From Parcubacteria bacterium RAAC4_OD1_1 (GTDB taxonomy: Bacteria > Patescibacteriota > Minisyncoccia > Phycocordibacterales > UBA9973), in the NCBI GenBank assembly GCA_000505065.1, contig AWSN01000001.1, positions 487,772 through 551,771 of the forward strand: a stretch of DNA of 64,000 nucleotides, read 5' to 3'. Below are positions 46,706 through 56,674 of this stretch, piece by piece; position 1 is the first letter of the stretch, and every line of letters begins with the position of its first letter. The notes beneath the pieces are model-generated. The model worked only from the letters and a program-made list of their open reading frames with translations. It was not told the DNA's origin and did not search any database. Both the position numbers and the translations under genes were made by a program.

Positions 46706-49591
46706 ATGATAAATAAATTTATCAAAAACTACATACTGATCTCCTTAATTGTTTTAATGCAAATTATCACGCCATTAACATCAAGAGCTAGTGTTAATTT
46801 AAATTGGGACAATCCAAATAGTGGTAGAAATCCATATAAATTTAAATTATCTGACTATTTAAATTCAAATATGATGATGCAGGTTGTTGGTTGTACTGGA
46901 GTAGTAGATAAAGTAACACTTTCTATTGGTGATCTTGCTAGTGGAGATCTAGAAAGTCTACAAGACAGATGGACTAGCATTAAAAGAAAAACTGAAGAAG
47001 TAAAAAAATTAGTTATTGAAACAAATAAAGCATTGAGTGTAGCAATGGTACCCAAAGATCCTGGACCAGCCTTAACAGATATAGCTACAGACAGAATAAA
47101 TGAAACAGTTAATACCAAAAACGAAGAACTTCAAAATGCAGTACAAAAACTAAAAGATCAAAATAAATCTGTAAAGATGAGAGAGGAGTGCCTTAATGGT
47201 ATCGCTTATACTCTAGCAAAAAACCAACTTGTAGCAATGACAAAAAGTACTATGAACTGGGTAGCAACGGGGTTTGATGGTGATCCAATGTATGTAAGAA
47301 ATATGCAATTATTTGTCGGAGATATTGAGAGTAGAATAATGAATGCTGAATTAGAATATTTTCAAAATGCAAATCCAAGCAGATACCCATATGGTAGAGA
47401 CTTCGCTAGGTATTACTACGGAGCATACAATTCTGAAAAAAATTTTAGAGATTCAATGTCTCAAACATTAACTAGGCACCTAACTAATGGAAAATCAATC
47501 GAAGATTATACTTATGATTTTTCTGCTGGTGGGTGGGATGCTTGGCTTGGACTTACCCAAGAATCACAAAACAATCCTATAGGATATGCGATAGAAACAA
47601 GTAATTACATATCTAATAAACAACAAGAAGAAATTGAAAATACAAAACAAGAACTAACTCAAAATAATGGGATTATTTCTCAAAGGGTTTGCAAGGTGAC
47701 AAGTGCCACTAAAAAACTAGCTCAAAAAGAAATAAACAAACGAGAAGCTAATCAATACGTTATAGATGCTCAGAATAAAGTTGATGAGGCAGAATATTAT
47801 TATGAGCAAGCAGGTGGTAATGGAAATGACACAGAAGAACTCCAAGATGCAGCAGAAATACTAGCAAATGCAAGAATAGATCTTGAAAAAGCTTTGGCTT
47901 ACCAAGCATCGCTCGATGCAGAAAGTACTGATGCTGCAGAAGGTTGTGATGAATGGGAAATTGTTACTCCAGGAAGTTTTATACAAGATAAAATAAGCAC
48001 ATATCTAAATACACCAGAAACACAATTAGAAATGGCTGACACAATCAATGATGTCTTAAATGTTGTATTTGCAAAATTAATAGATAAATTAAGAATTGAT
48101 GGACTCACCGGGCTTGGATATAGCGCTGTATCAAATAGTAATTATGACTGGCCAACTTCAGTAAATATATCTGGATATGATAGTTCTGGAAACCAGTATG
48201 GTGGAGAAGGAATAAGTACTAGAAATTTTGATTTAACAAAAGATCTAGGTAATACTTACAATCATTCAGATACAACAAATTTAGGAACATGGGATGCTTC
48301 CATAAATAAAGCTATCAAAATAAAAGACAATACAACGACATCCCTTGTTCCTGGAAAGGGTCAAACAAATAGTTATTATACTGTCACAGTAGCTGGTAAA
48401 ACAAAACTTTTTGACGATGATTTAGGTTGGGAAGTTGGAGATAGAGCATTCTTTAATGGTATCTCTTGGCAAAATTGGAAAAAAGATCAAACTAGCCCAA
48501 TAATAAACAGAGGGATAATACAAATACAGCAAGATTACTTAGTTGTAGCAAAAGAACTTTTAAAAATATTACCAGGTGTAATGCCAGCACTTGGTGAACT
48601 TGATTATTGTATACCAGGACCAAATCCAAATTGGGAAATAAATATGAGTGACAACAGTGTAGCTTTCTTTGATTTTGTATCTGAATTAAAAACCACATAT
48701 AAACAAGCAGATGATTGGTTTGAAAAAGATTCTGTTGACATAACATGGGCAGGGGAAGACGCAAATAGTGATGCTTATAAAAATTATCGTAGTATATTTG
48801 CAAACTCTTATTTATCTGGATGGAAAGATAATTGGACTAGCTGGAGCTTAGCTATGAATACAAAAATTATGAATTATATAGATGTTCTTGCTAATGGCGA
48901 AGACTGGACAGGAGAAAAAGGGGTAGCTGAAGCAGAAGAAGAAATAGGAGAATTGATAAGTAATATTGTTGAAAGTTTTTCAATGTTCAAAGATGAATAT
49001 GGTAAAACAATAAGTGATACTTATGGAACGATTCAACAAGAATATTTCTTGAATGAAAAGACAAACACCAAAACTCCAAATAATGCTTATATACCTATGG
49101 CAAAAGAAGGTCTTACTTTAACTAAAAAAATTACAGATTATAATAATGAGGTTTCAGATTCAATACAAGATCTTAAAAATACAATGGGTGAAACAGATTC
49201 AACGATATCTAAATTAGAAAAAATAAGAAGTGAGGTTGGAAAAATAATAAAAGCAGCTCAAGATAGAAGAGATGAAACTATAACAATAGCATTAAATGCA
49301 AAAGGAGAAAATTTTACTACAAATACTGCCTATAAAATTAAATACCAGGTATGTCTAAATGAAGAAAATATAGATTATCTAAAAGACTATGATCTTACAC
49401 AAGAAGAAGAAAATAGGTGTGATGACAGAATAGATAATGATTTCGATGGACTCATAGACTCAAAAGACCCAGATTGTTCAGGATCAGGAAACACCAACAC
49501 AGAAAGAGACAGAAGAAGTGGTGGTAATAGTATTTATAATGATTACTATGAAAGTGATCAACCTTATATAAACACAGATCGAGGATATTAA
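46706..49591 (+). CDS. large secreted protein of the T4SS-like cluster
   Basis: Signal peptide; GGWDAW..LTQ...NNPIG; CIPGPNP; CDDRIDNDFDGLIDSKDPDC. Confidence 0.75.
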   Translation: MINKFIKNYILISLIVLMQIITPLTSRASVNLNWDNPNSGRNPYKFKLSDYLNSNMMMQVVGCTGVVDKVTLSIGDLASGDLESLQDRWTSIKRKTEEVKKLVIETNKALSVAMVPKDPGPALTDIATDRINETVNTKNEELQNAVQKLKDQNKSVKMREECLNGIAYTLAKNQLVAMTKSTMNWVATGFDGDPMYVRNMQLFVGDIESRIMNAELEYFQNANPSRYPYGRDFARYYYGAYNSEKNFRDSMSQTLTRHLTNGKSIEDYTYDFSAGGWDAWLGLTQESQNNPIGYAIETSNYISNKQQEEIENTKQELTQNNGIISQRVCKVTSATKKLAQKEINKREANQYVIDAQNKVDEAEYYYEQAGGNGNDTEELQDAAEILANARIDLEKALAYQASLDAESTDAAEGCDEWEIVTPGSFIQDKISTYLNTPETQLEMADTINDVLNVVFAKLIDKLRIDGLTGLGYSAVSNSNYDWPTSVNISGYDSSGNQYGGEGISTRNFDLTKDLGNTYNHSDTTNLGTWDASINKAIKIKDNTTTSLVPGKGQTNSYYTVTVAGKTKLFDDDLGWEVGDRAFFNGISWQNWKKDQTSPIINRGIIQIQQDYLVVAKELLKILPGVMPALGELDYCIPGPNPNWEINMSDNSVAFFDFVSELKTTYKQADDWFEKDSVDITWAGEDANSDAYKNYRSIFANSYLSGWKDNWTSWSLAMNTKIMNYIDVLANGEDWTGEKGVAEAEEEIGELISNIVESFSMFKDEYGKTISDTYGTIQQEYFLNEKTNTKTPNNAYIPMAKEGLTLTKKITDYNNEVSDSIQDLKNTMGETDSTISKLEKIRSEVGKIIKAAQDRRDETITIALNAKGENFTTNTAYKIKYQVCLNEENIDYLKDYDLTQEEENRCDDRIDNDFDGLIDSKDPDCSGSGNTNTERDRRSGGNSIYNDYYESDQPYINTDRGY

Positions 49592-49605
49592 TTAATAAAT
49601 TATTT

Positions 49606-51696
49606 ATGGAAAACAAACCTAAAAAAAGTAAAGCGTTCATAATAACATTTATACTAGTACTAATAATACTTTTGGTGGGTTATTTATTATTTAAAAATAA
49701 AAATGGAATCTTTCAAATAAATAGTACAGAAAATACAAACAAAACTTTTGAATCTCTTTCGGAAACAAAAGAAGTAAAAGATTTGGGATATATAGACGTA
49801 GATACTGCAAATGAATGTATCTCTATTTCTGTAATTGCTGAAGAGGATATTTTTAAAGGTGAAGCAGTGTATGTATCCGGAGTAGGAGCAAACAAAGAAC
49901 CATTAGCAAAGAAAGCTATAGCAAATGATGAAACAAAATCAAAAGTAATTGGTGTCGCTATGGCAAATATTTTAGCTGGTACTACAGGAATAATAGCAAA
50001 TGATTGTATTGTGACAGGATTAAATACAGACAGAAATGAGGAGACTGTATGGCAAATAGGAGATATCCTCTACTTAAGTGATACAATATCAGGAGCTCTT
50101 ACAAAAAACCCTCCATCAAACAAAATAATAGTAGGAGTAGTAAAAACAGTTAATGCAATTGATGGATCTATTAAAGTGGGAGGAGCTGGAACAAATATTT
50201 TTGACTTATCGCAAGCTATTAAAGATGCAGGGATAGACACCAGCAAAGGAATAGTTTACGCAATAGAAAAATTGAAAAAACTGTTTGGAAATATTTTTGG
50301 ATATGAATACAATGGAGGAGAGTTTGATGCTAATGGACTAGGTGAGTGGGTTTGGGATGAAGAATATGGTGGATTTGTTTGGAAATGGAAAGGTGGTACA
50401 GGCGGATTTACTGGGCCAGATTTTCCAGATTTTGGATTTGAAAAAGCTTGTAGTAATGAAAACGATGATGACGGGGACGGATTTACAGATATAAATGATC
50501 CACAATGTCATATCGATGGAATTATTACAAATGAATATGTGCCTACACATTATTCAGAAGAGATAAATGCCATAAATCCAAATTTATATGCTTGCAGCAA
50601 TACACTTGATGATGATAACGATGAATTAATAGATATAAATGATCCACAATGTCATATCGATGGAATTATTACAAACGAATATGTGCCTACACATTATTCA
50701 GAAGAAATAAATGCTCCAAATTCAGATATAATACCGACACCAGATAGTGTTTGTGAAAATGGTATGTCCAACTATCCACTTTGTACAATTAACGAAAATG
50801 GAAATTGTGGAAATGGTGCGATAAACCCACCAATATGTACAGAATTTAGTAATGAAGATGAAACAGATCCAACAGGTGAAAATACTGAAACAAATATGTG
50901 TGCAGTTTTTGATGAACATCCTCTTGAATTTACAGAGAGTGAAAAAGCACAGCTTGCAGAACTTCTTCGAGAATTTTATTTAATTGCTCCTACTCTCAAA
51001 ACAGAAGATGATATAGATGCTCTATATACTGAAATAAATAGATATGAGCAATTAATAGATCAGTCAAAAAAACTTACCAAACAGTGTTATCTTGAATCTG
51101 CATATAGTGCACAATGGGAATATAATGATCCAACATGGACATATGCAGGGGCTGGATCATTCTGTGCAAGAAATCCAGAATACTGTAGTAAAAAGGGTGT
51201 CACGAGTCAAACAAATTGTGATCTTTATGGATGCGCAGATGGAGTAGATGTATTTAATGATAAATACACAGGCCCTACAAAAAGAGGAGGGAACCCTTGG
51301 TTTAGGTCAATAACAATAGGTGGATATGTAGATAACACAAAATACAGCACACCAAAGATAAATACTGACGTAAATTATGTTATGAAAAGTCACGGCAATG
51401 ATAGACCAGAAAGCTCAAAACATTCACAAGAAGTACTAGAGAGTGGGTGGTGGACTTATGCAACGCCTATTTTTGGTGTGTTTACAACATTTAAAGCTTT
51501 TGATGAAAAAAATATGGTGCCTGATTATTATTTTACAATACCAAATACAATATATACTCCACTAATTACAAAACTACCTGCATCTCAAAATGGTAGAAAC
51601 TTTCAACAAGATTGGGAATTCTATTTTGATTTTGATTTAAACAAGGTTATGTTGGAAAGACTTAAAGAGTTTGAGTTGTTACTTTATATCTGGTAA
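49606..51696 (+). CDS. membrane-anchored protein with Cys/Asp-rich repeats
   Basis: N-terminal TM; two ACSNxxDDDxDxxxDINDPQC repeats; 84-nt DNA repeat 50487-50570/50631-50714. Confidence 0.75.
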   Translation: MENKPKKSKAFIITFILVLIILLVGYLLFKNKNGIFQINSTENTNKTFESLSETKEVKDLGYIDVDTANECISISVIAEEDIFKGEAVYVSGVGANKEPLAKKAIANDETKSKVIGVAMANILAGTTGIIANDCIVTGLNTDRNEETVWQIGDILYLSDTISGALTKNPPSNKIIVGVVKTVNAIDGSIKVGGAGTNIFDLSQAIKDAGIDTSKGIVYAIEKLKKLFGNIFGYEYNGGEFDANGLGEWVWDEEYGGFVWKWKGGTGGFTGPDFPDFGFEKACSNENDDDGDGFTDINDPQCHIDGIITNEYVPTHYSEEINAINPNLYACSNTLDDDNDELIDINDPQCHIDGIITNEYVPTHYSEEINAPNSDIIPTPDSVCENGMSNYPLCTINENGNCGNGAINPPICTEFSNEDETDPTGENTETNMCAVFDEHPLEFTESEKAQLAELLREFYLIAPTLKTEDDIDALYTEINRYEQLIDQSKKLTKQCYLESAYSAQWEYNDPTWTYAGAGSFCARNPEYCSKKGVTSQTNCDLYGCADGVDVFNDKYTGPTKRGGNPWFRSITIGGYVDNTKYSTPKINTDVNYVMKSHGNDRPESSKHSQEVLESGWWTYATPIFGVFTTFKAFDEKNMVPDYYFTIPNTIYTPLITKLPASQNGRNFQQDWEFYFDFDLNKVMLERLKEFELLLYIW

Positions 51697-51779
51697 TTTA
51701 AGAGATTTTGTTTTTAGAATTTGGTATAATAAAATAAGTTTTGTTAAAAAAGATAAATGAAACCTGTTAGAAATAAAAA

Positions 51780-54464
51780 ATGAAGAAGTTTTTTTCCTAC
51801 ATTTTAATATCAATAGTTATGGTGGCCAACCTCCTCGCGCCTTTTAGTATGAAATTGGGGAGTAATTATTTGCCAAGAATTGAAAAAAATGAAGCGAGTG
51901 CAGATGCAAAGCAAATAACAATGACAACAACAGCGAAGGGAACAACAATAAACGCAACAGTAACAGCTGTATTTACGGGTGAAGCTAATCAAATAAATTT
52001 TGCTTCTGTTTTTCTATATGATCAATACCCATATGATGAAAACAATAAACCAGCTGAAATAGATTCTATTGATAGTAGAGATGTTTTTGGAGAATTTAAA
52101 ATTTTAAACAATGATGAGGATATAACCAAAACAGCAACCGTGTCATTTGACAATCTAACTCCTGAAAAAACATATTATTTGGTAGCAGTAGGTGGTACAA
52201 AAAGTATCTTTAAAGCTTTAATTAATTTAAACACACTAAGATTTAATAAACTTTTTGAGTCAACAAGTAAAACTGGTTATACAAATGCAATACCACAAGA
52301 AACAGGAATGAAAGACTCCCAAGTTTTAATCCAAGGATCTGGAACAGCATCTGCTTTTAATGCAGACGCGGCTCTACCTTCTTGTAAGGCAACAGATGCA
52401 ACTACTTGGGTTCGAGGTTGTGTAGTTAGACTTATTTATTATATTATTTTTGTGCCAACATCTTTTTTCTTTGCATTAACTGGAATGTTTCTTGATTCAA
52501 CATTTGCTTATACAGTAGATAGTGCTTCATATCAAACTCAATTCATAACCCAAAGTTGGGGAATAGTTAGAGACCTTTGTAATATGTTCTTTATATTTGT
52601 ACTTCTATATATTGCTTTTTCAACAATACTCGAAATACATGGATTTAATACAAAAAAGACAATTATTAATGTAATAATCATTGGTCTTTTAATAAATTTC
52701 AGTTTATTTGCTGTGAGAATTATGGTGGATGCATCAAACATACTAGCTAGGGTTTTCTATAACTCAGATACAATAAAAATTACTAACGTCTCAGCCTTAA
52801 ATATCAGTAATATGGTAGATAAACCAAACGAAAATGGAGTAATTTCTATCTCGGCTGCTATTGTAAACAAAATAAACCCACAAGTTTTAATATTAAAAGC
52901 AAATGGCAATGAACAAGCTGGAATGGGTGGTTTCTCAACTATCTCTTATGTTGTTATTGTGTTACTTGCTTCTATTGTAAATATAGTGGGCATAATAGTA
53001 TTCCTATCTACAGGATTACTTTTTGTGACAAGAGTCATAGGGCTTTGGATAGCGATGATACTTTCTCCACTTGCATTTTTTACCTATATAATTCCATCTT
53101 GGAGTAAACAAAAAATGATAGGATGGGAAAACTGGTGGCCAGACACTCTAAAAATGGCTTTCCTTGCTCCTATTTTTATTTTCTTTATGTATATAATTCT
53201 TCAATTTATGGATACAGGACTTGGGCTTTTTGATGCAGCAGAAGAAGAAGGAATGACATTAATATTAGCAATAGTTATTCCTTTCATATTTATAATGATA
53301 CTTCTCTGGCAAGCGAAAAAAATTGCAAGCGATATGTCTGGAGAAATGGGACAATCTATAACTAAAGGTGTCGCTGCTGTCGGTGGCCTTGCTCTCGGTG
53401 GGGCAGCTTTGGGAGTAGCAGGATTGGGTAGAAAGTTTATAGGTGGAACAATGGCAAAAGCCTCTAGTGGAAATACTGCAACTCAAAAATATCTGGCAGC
53501 ACAAGGAGACCCTAATGCTATGGCTAAATTAAGCAAATGGGAACAAATGAAAGGTAGAATGGGGGCAAGAGTTGGTATGGATAAAGTTTACGGGAGGGTT
53601 GGAACAGATGCAAATGGAAATAAAGTTATTACCGGAGGGGTTGGAAAATATGTAAACGATAAACAAAAACATGTTGGTAATATAGATCATGCGAGACATG
53701 AAATGGATGAAACTAAAAAAGCAGCTGGGCTTACTGGGGTTACAAACTTAACCGGGGAAGATGAGAAGAAGCTTGAATCAACTTTTGCAAAAAATAAAAG
53801 ATCTGAAGTTGAAGCTAATGTAAGAAGAGGAACGGATAATAAAAAAGATATTGCATTAAAAGATAATGATGGTAATGCACTATTAGATGGACAGGGAAAT
53901 GAAATTAAGGGTGAAGATGCTTGGAAAAAAGAAAAGAGAAGTGAAATTGAAACTAATTACATAAATGATCCTAATAATAATATAAAAAGTGTAGAAGATC
54001 TAACAGATAAAGATAAGAAAAATATTGAAAATGAATTAAATAAACAATTTAACCTTGTTCTTAAAAATACAACAGAAAAAGAAATTAAAAGTTTATTTGA
54101 AGATATTAAGAAAGAGGCAAATACAAAAGTTGGTTCTCTTGATAGAGTAACAGCAACAGCAAACAAAAGAAGCTTTGACATAAGAAACATTTCAGATGTT
54201 AATAAAACAGACAAAAGAGATGGTTTTATGACAAAAACAGCTGCATTTTTGGCTTCTACTGTCGCACTTGGTGTGAGGACAGGATTTAAAACTTCAGGAA
54301 TTAACATTGGAACAAGTCAAAGGGATTTTATTTTGGATTTAAAAAATACAATTACTGAAGCATTTAAAAATGTAAAAATTGAAGTCCCTAAAGCTTCTGG
54401 TGGAGGAGATCATGGGGGTGGGGGACACGGAGGAGGCGATCACGGAGGTGGGGGACACCATTAA
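51780..54464 (+). CDS. VirB6/TrbL-like polytopic membrane protein
   Basis: WGIVRDLCNMFFIF, LLINFSLF, R..LWIAMILSPLAF; Gly-rich tail; upstream of prgI/virB4. Confidence 0.7.
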   Translation: MKKFFSYILISIVMVANLLAPFSMKLGSNYLPRIEKNEASADAKQITMTTTAKGTTINATVTAVFTGEANQINFASVFLYDQYPYDENNKPAEIDSIDSRDVFGEFKILNNDEDITKTATVSFDNLTPEKTYYLVAVGGTKSIFKALINLNTLRFNKLFESTSKTGYTNAIPQETGMKDSQVLIQGSGTASAFNADAALPSCKATDATTWVRGCVVRLIYYIIFVPTSFFFALTGMFLDSTFAYTVDSASYQTQFITQSWGIVRDLCNMFFIFVLLYIAFSTILEIHGFNTKKTIINVIIIGLLINFSLFAVRIMVDASNILARVFYNSDTIKITNVSALNISNMVDKPNENGVISISAAIVNKINPQVLILKANGNEQAGMGGFSTISYVVIVLLASIVNIVGIIVFLSTGLLFVTRVIGLWIAMILSPLAFFTYIIPSWSKQKMIGWENWWPDTLKMAFLAPIFIFFMYIILQFMDTGLGLFDAAEEEGMTLILAIVIPFIFIMILLWQAKKIASDMSGEMGQSITKGVAAVGGLALGGAALGVAGLGRKFIGGTMAKASSGNTATQKYLAAQGDPNAMAKLSKWEQMKGRMGARVGMDKVYGRVGTDANGNKVITGGVGKYVNDKQKHVGNIDHARHEMDETKKAAGLTGVTNLTGEDEKKLESTFAKNKRSEVEANVRRGTDNKKDIALKDNDGNALLDGQGNEIKGEDAWKKEKRSEIETNYINDPNNNIKSVEDLTDKDKKNIENELNKQFNLVLKNTTEKEIKSLFEDIKKEANTKVGSLDRVTATANKRSFDIRNISDVNKTDKRDGFMTKTAAFLASTVALGVRTGFKTSGINIGTSQRDFILDLKNTITEAFKNVKIEVPKASGGGDHGGGGHGGGDHGGGGHH

Positions 54465-54513
54465 TTAGTGATTAGTAACTAGTGACTAGTGATAAGGAAA
54501 ATAAAAAATTAAA

Positions 54514-55437
54514 ATGCAAAACCAAGAATTACAACAAAAAATAGGAGAATTCTATGTAAGACTTCCAGAAGATTTAAAAAGTGTGTTTTCTGATATGAGT
54601 TGGATGGAAAAAGTTCGGACAATTGGTGTAAAAAATTATTTAAATGATAGACAAAAAGAAATTCTAATTACAGAAACAACCTTAGTCCTTCTTGGAATAA
54701 TAAATACTTATGATTATGAATCAAACCTTACAAACGAGCTTGGTCTTTCTGTTGAACCTCTCACTAAACTCATAAAAGATTTGGATGAATCTATTTTTGT
54801 GGGTATAAAAGAAAAACTAAATGATGTATTTACAAACAACGTAGATTATTTAATGACTTCAAAATATGGTAGTTTAGATAAAATAAAGGAAGAATTTACA
54901 AAACTCCCAGAAGAAATACAAGAATGGATAGATAATTCAAATTATCAATCAAAAATATATGAAATAGGTGAAAAATATAAACTTACTGCGACCCAAATGC
55001 TAGATATTGAAGGAATCATCTCAAGAGTTATGATGGGTAATTTACCTTTTCTTAAATATGAAGAAGAAATCAAATTAAAACTTGGTGATGGTTTTCCAAA
55101 AATAAATCCAATTTTATATGAAATAAAAGAAAACATATTAAAAGAAGCGGAAGAAAAATTAAACAAATTGACAGTTCTAAATAAAATAGGAGCAACAAAA
55201 ATAGAGATAAATAAAGGAGAAGATGTTGTACCAAGACCTCCATATGCTCAAATGATCACAAATAATTATGATCTTAAGGGAGAAAGGGTAAACAATGTTA
55301 GAAGTTCTATTTTAGTATCAAAACCAGCCCCTAAAAATGAAAAAGAAATATACACAAATTCGGGAATAGAAATAGTTGAACACCAAGAAGAAACTCAATC
55401 TAAACCAAAAATAGACCCTTATCACGAGGAAATATAA
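54514..55437 (+). CDS. conserved hypothetical protein (two helical repeats, C-terminal DPYHEEI)
   Basis: Duplicated LPE...I..K..L unit; DPYxE tail. Confidence 0.7.
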   Translation: MQNQELQQKIGEFYVRLPEDLKSVFSDMSWMEKVRTIGVKNYLNDRQKEILITETTLVLLGIINTYDYESNLTNELGLSVEPLTKLIKDLDESIFVGIKEKLNDVFTNNVDYLMTSKYGSLDKIKEEFTKLPEEIQEWIDNSNYQSKIYEIGEKYKLTATQMLDIEGIISRVMMGNLPFLKYEEEIKLKLGDGFPKINPILYEIKENILKEAEEKLNKLTVLNKIGATKIEINKGEDVVPRPPYAQMITNNYDLKGERVNNVRSSILVSKPAPKNEKEIYTNSGIEIVEHQEETQSKPKIDPYHEEI

Positions 55438-55497
55438 ATTATTAATTAAATTGTTTTGTGATATAATACTAATATAAGTTAATTAGTAATTATTGAA

Positions 55498-56013
55498 ATG
55501 CAATTTAGAGTTCCACAATTTATAGACATAGAAGACAAACTTTTTGGACCGTTTACGTTTCGGCAATTTGTATATCTCACTGGTGGAGCAGGGGGAGTTT
55601 TTGTACTATATAAAATTTTACCATTTTGGCTAGCAATTATTTTTATAATACCCGTCATTTCACTAACTCTACTTCTCACTTTTTATAAAATTAATGAGAA
55701 ACCATTTATATATTACCTAGAAGCAGGTCTTGGTTATTTTATATCAAACAAATTATATCTCTGGAAACAAAGAAAAGTTAAAAAAAATACAGAGGAAATA
55801 AATACTTCTGTTAATATTACTTCTGTAATCCCAATGTCAACAGGGAGTAATAGGCTTGGTGATTTATCTTTCAAATTAGATACAGAAGGAGAAAATACAA
55901 ATATCTCGGCTTATAAACAAATGAAAAAAGATAATGCTCAAAAAATAGATCTAAACATTACAGAAGAAGATATAGTAAAAGATATTTCAAATTATGATAC
56001 AATAAACAAATAA
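55498..56013 (+). CDS. PrgI family (VirB3-like) protein
   Basis: MQFRVPQFIDIEDKLFGPFTFRQF, two TM helices. Confidence 0.88.
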   Translation: MQFRVPQFIDIEDKLFGPFTFRQFVYLTGGAGGVFVLYKILPFWLAIIFIIPVISLTLLLTFYKINEKPFIYYLEAGLGYFISNKLYLWKQRKVKKNTEEINTSVNITSVIPMSTGSNRLGDLSFKLDTEGENTNISAYKQMKKDNAQKIDLNITEEDIVKDISNYDTINK

Positions 56014-56019
56014 ACAAAT

Positions 56020-56667
56020 ATGGCAATCAACGCAAAAAGTTCACAAGATTTTGTACCAATAAAAGAAGTGAGAGATGGGGTTATCATTCTTAAAGATGGA
56101 GGCCTTCGTTCTGTTCTTATTGCTTCATCTATAAATTTGTCACTTAAATCAAACGATGAACAACTTGCAATAATAAATCAGTTTCAATCATTCTTAAATG
56201 GTCTTGATTTTCAAACACAAATTGTCGTCCAATCAAGAAGACTAGACATAAGACCATATTTAATGACACTTGAAGAAAGATTTAAAGAGCAAGTAGAGCC
56301 ACTTCTTAAAATTCAAACCAAAGAATACATAGAGTTTATAACTCGGTTTACTGATGAAGTAAACATAATGAGAAAAACTTTCTTTGTTGTTGTACCTTAT
56401 AATTCAAACATTATAAAATCTAGTGAAAAAATAGTGGATAAAATTATAGGTGGAGGATCATCAGCACCCAAAAATCCAAACAAAAGTATAGATACAGCTT
56501 CGTTTGAGGAAAAGAGAACTCAGCTAGACCAAAGAGTAAATGTTATAATTTCTGAATTAAGTAGACTTGGTATAAGATGTACAGAACTCAAATCAGATGA
56601 AGTAATAGAGCTATTTTATAAAACTTTCAATCCTGGAGATATTAGTAGTGGAATAAAATTAGAATAA
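56020..56667 (+). CDS. TraC/VirB4 N-terminal-like protein
   Basis: VPIKEVRDGVIILKDG, INLSLKS.DEQ, FLNGLDF..QIVVQSR. Confidence 0.75.
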   Translation: MAINAKSSQDFVPIKEVRDGVIILKDGGLRSVLIASSINLSLKSNDEQLAIINQFQSFLNGLDFQTQIVVQSRRLDIRPYLMTLEERFKEQVEPLLKIQTKEYIEFITRFTDEVNIMRKTFFVVVPYNSNIIKSSEKIVDKIIGGGSSAPKNPNKSIDTASFEEKRTQLDQRVNVIISELSRLGIRCTELKSDEVIELFYKTFNPGDISSGIKLE

Positions 56668-56674
56668 TATTATT

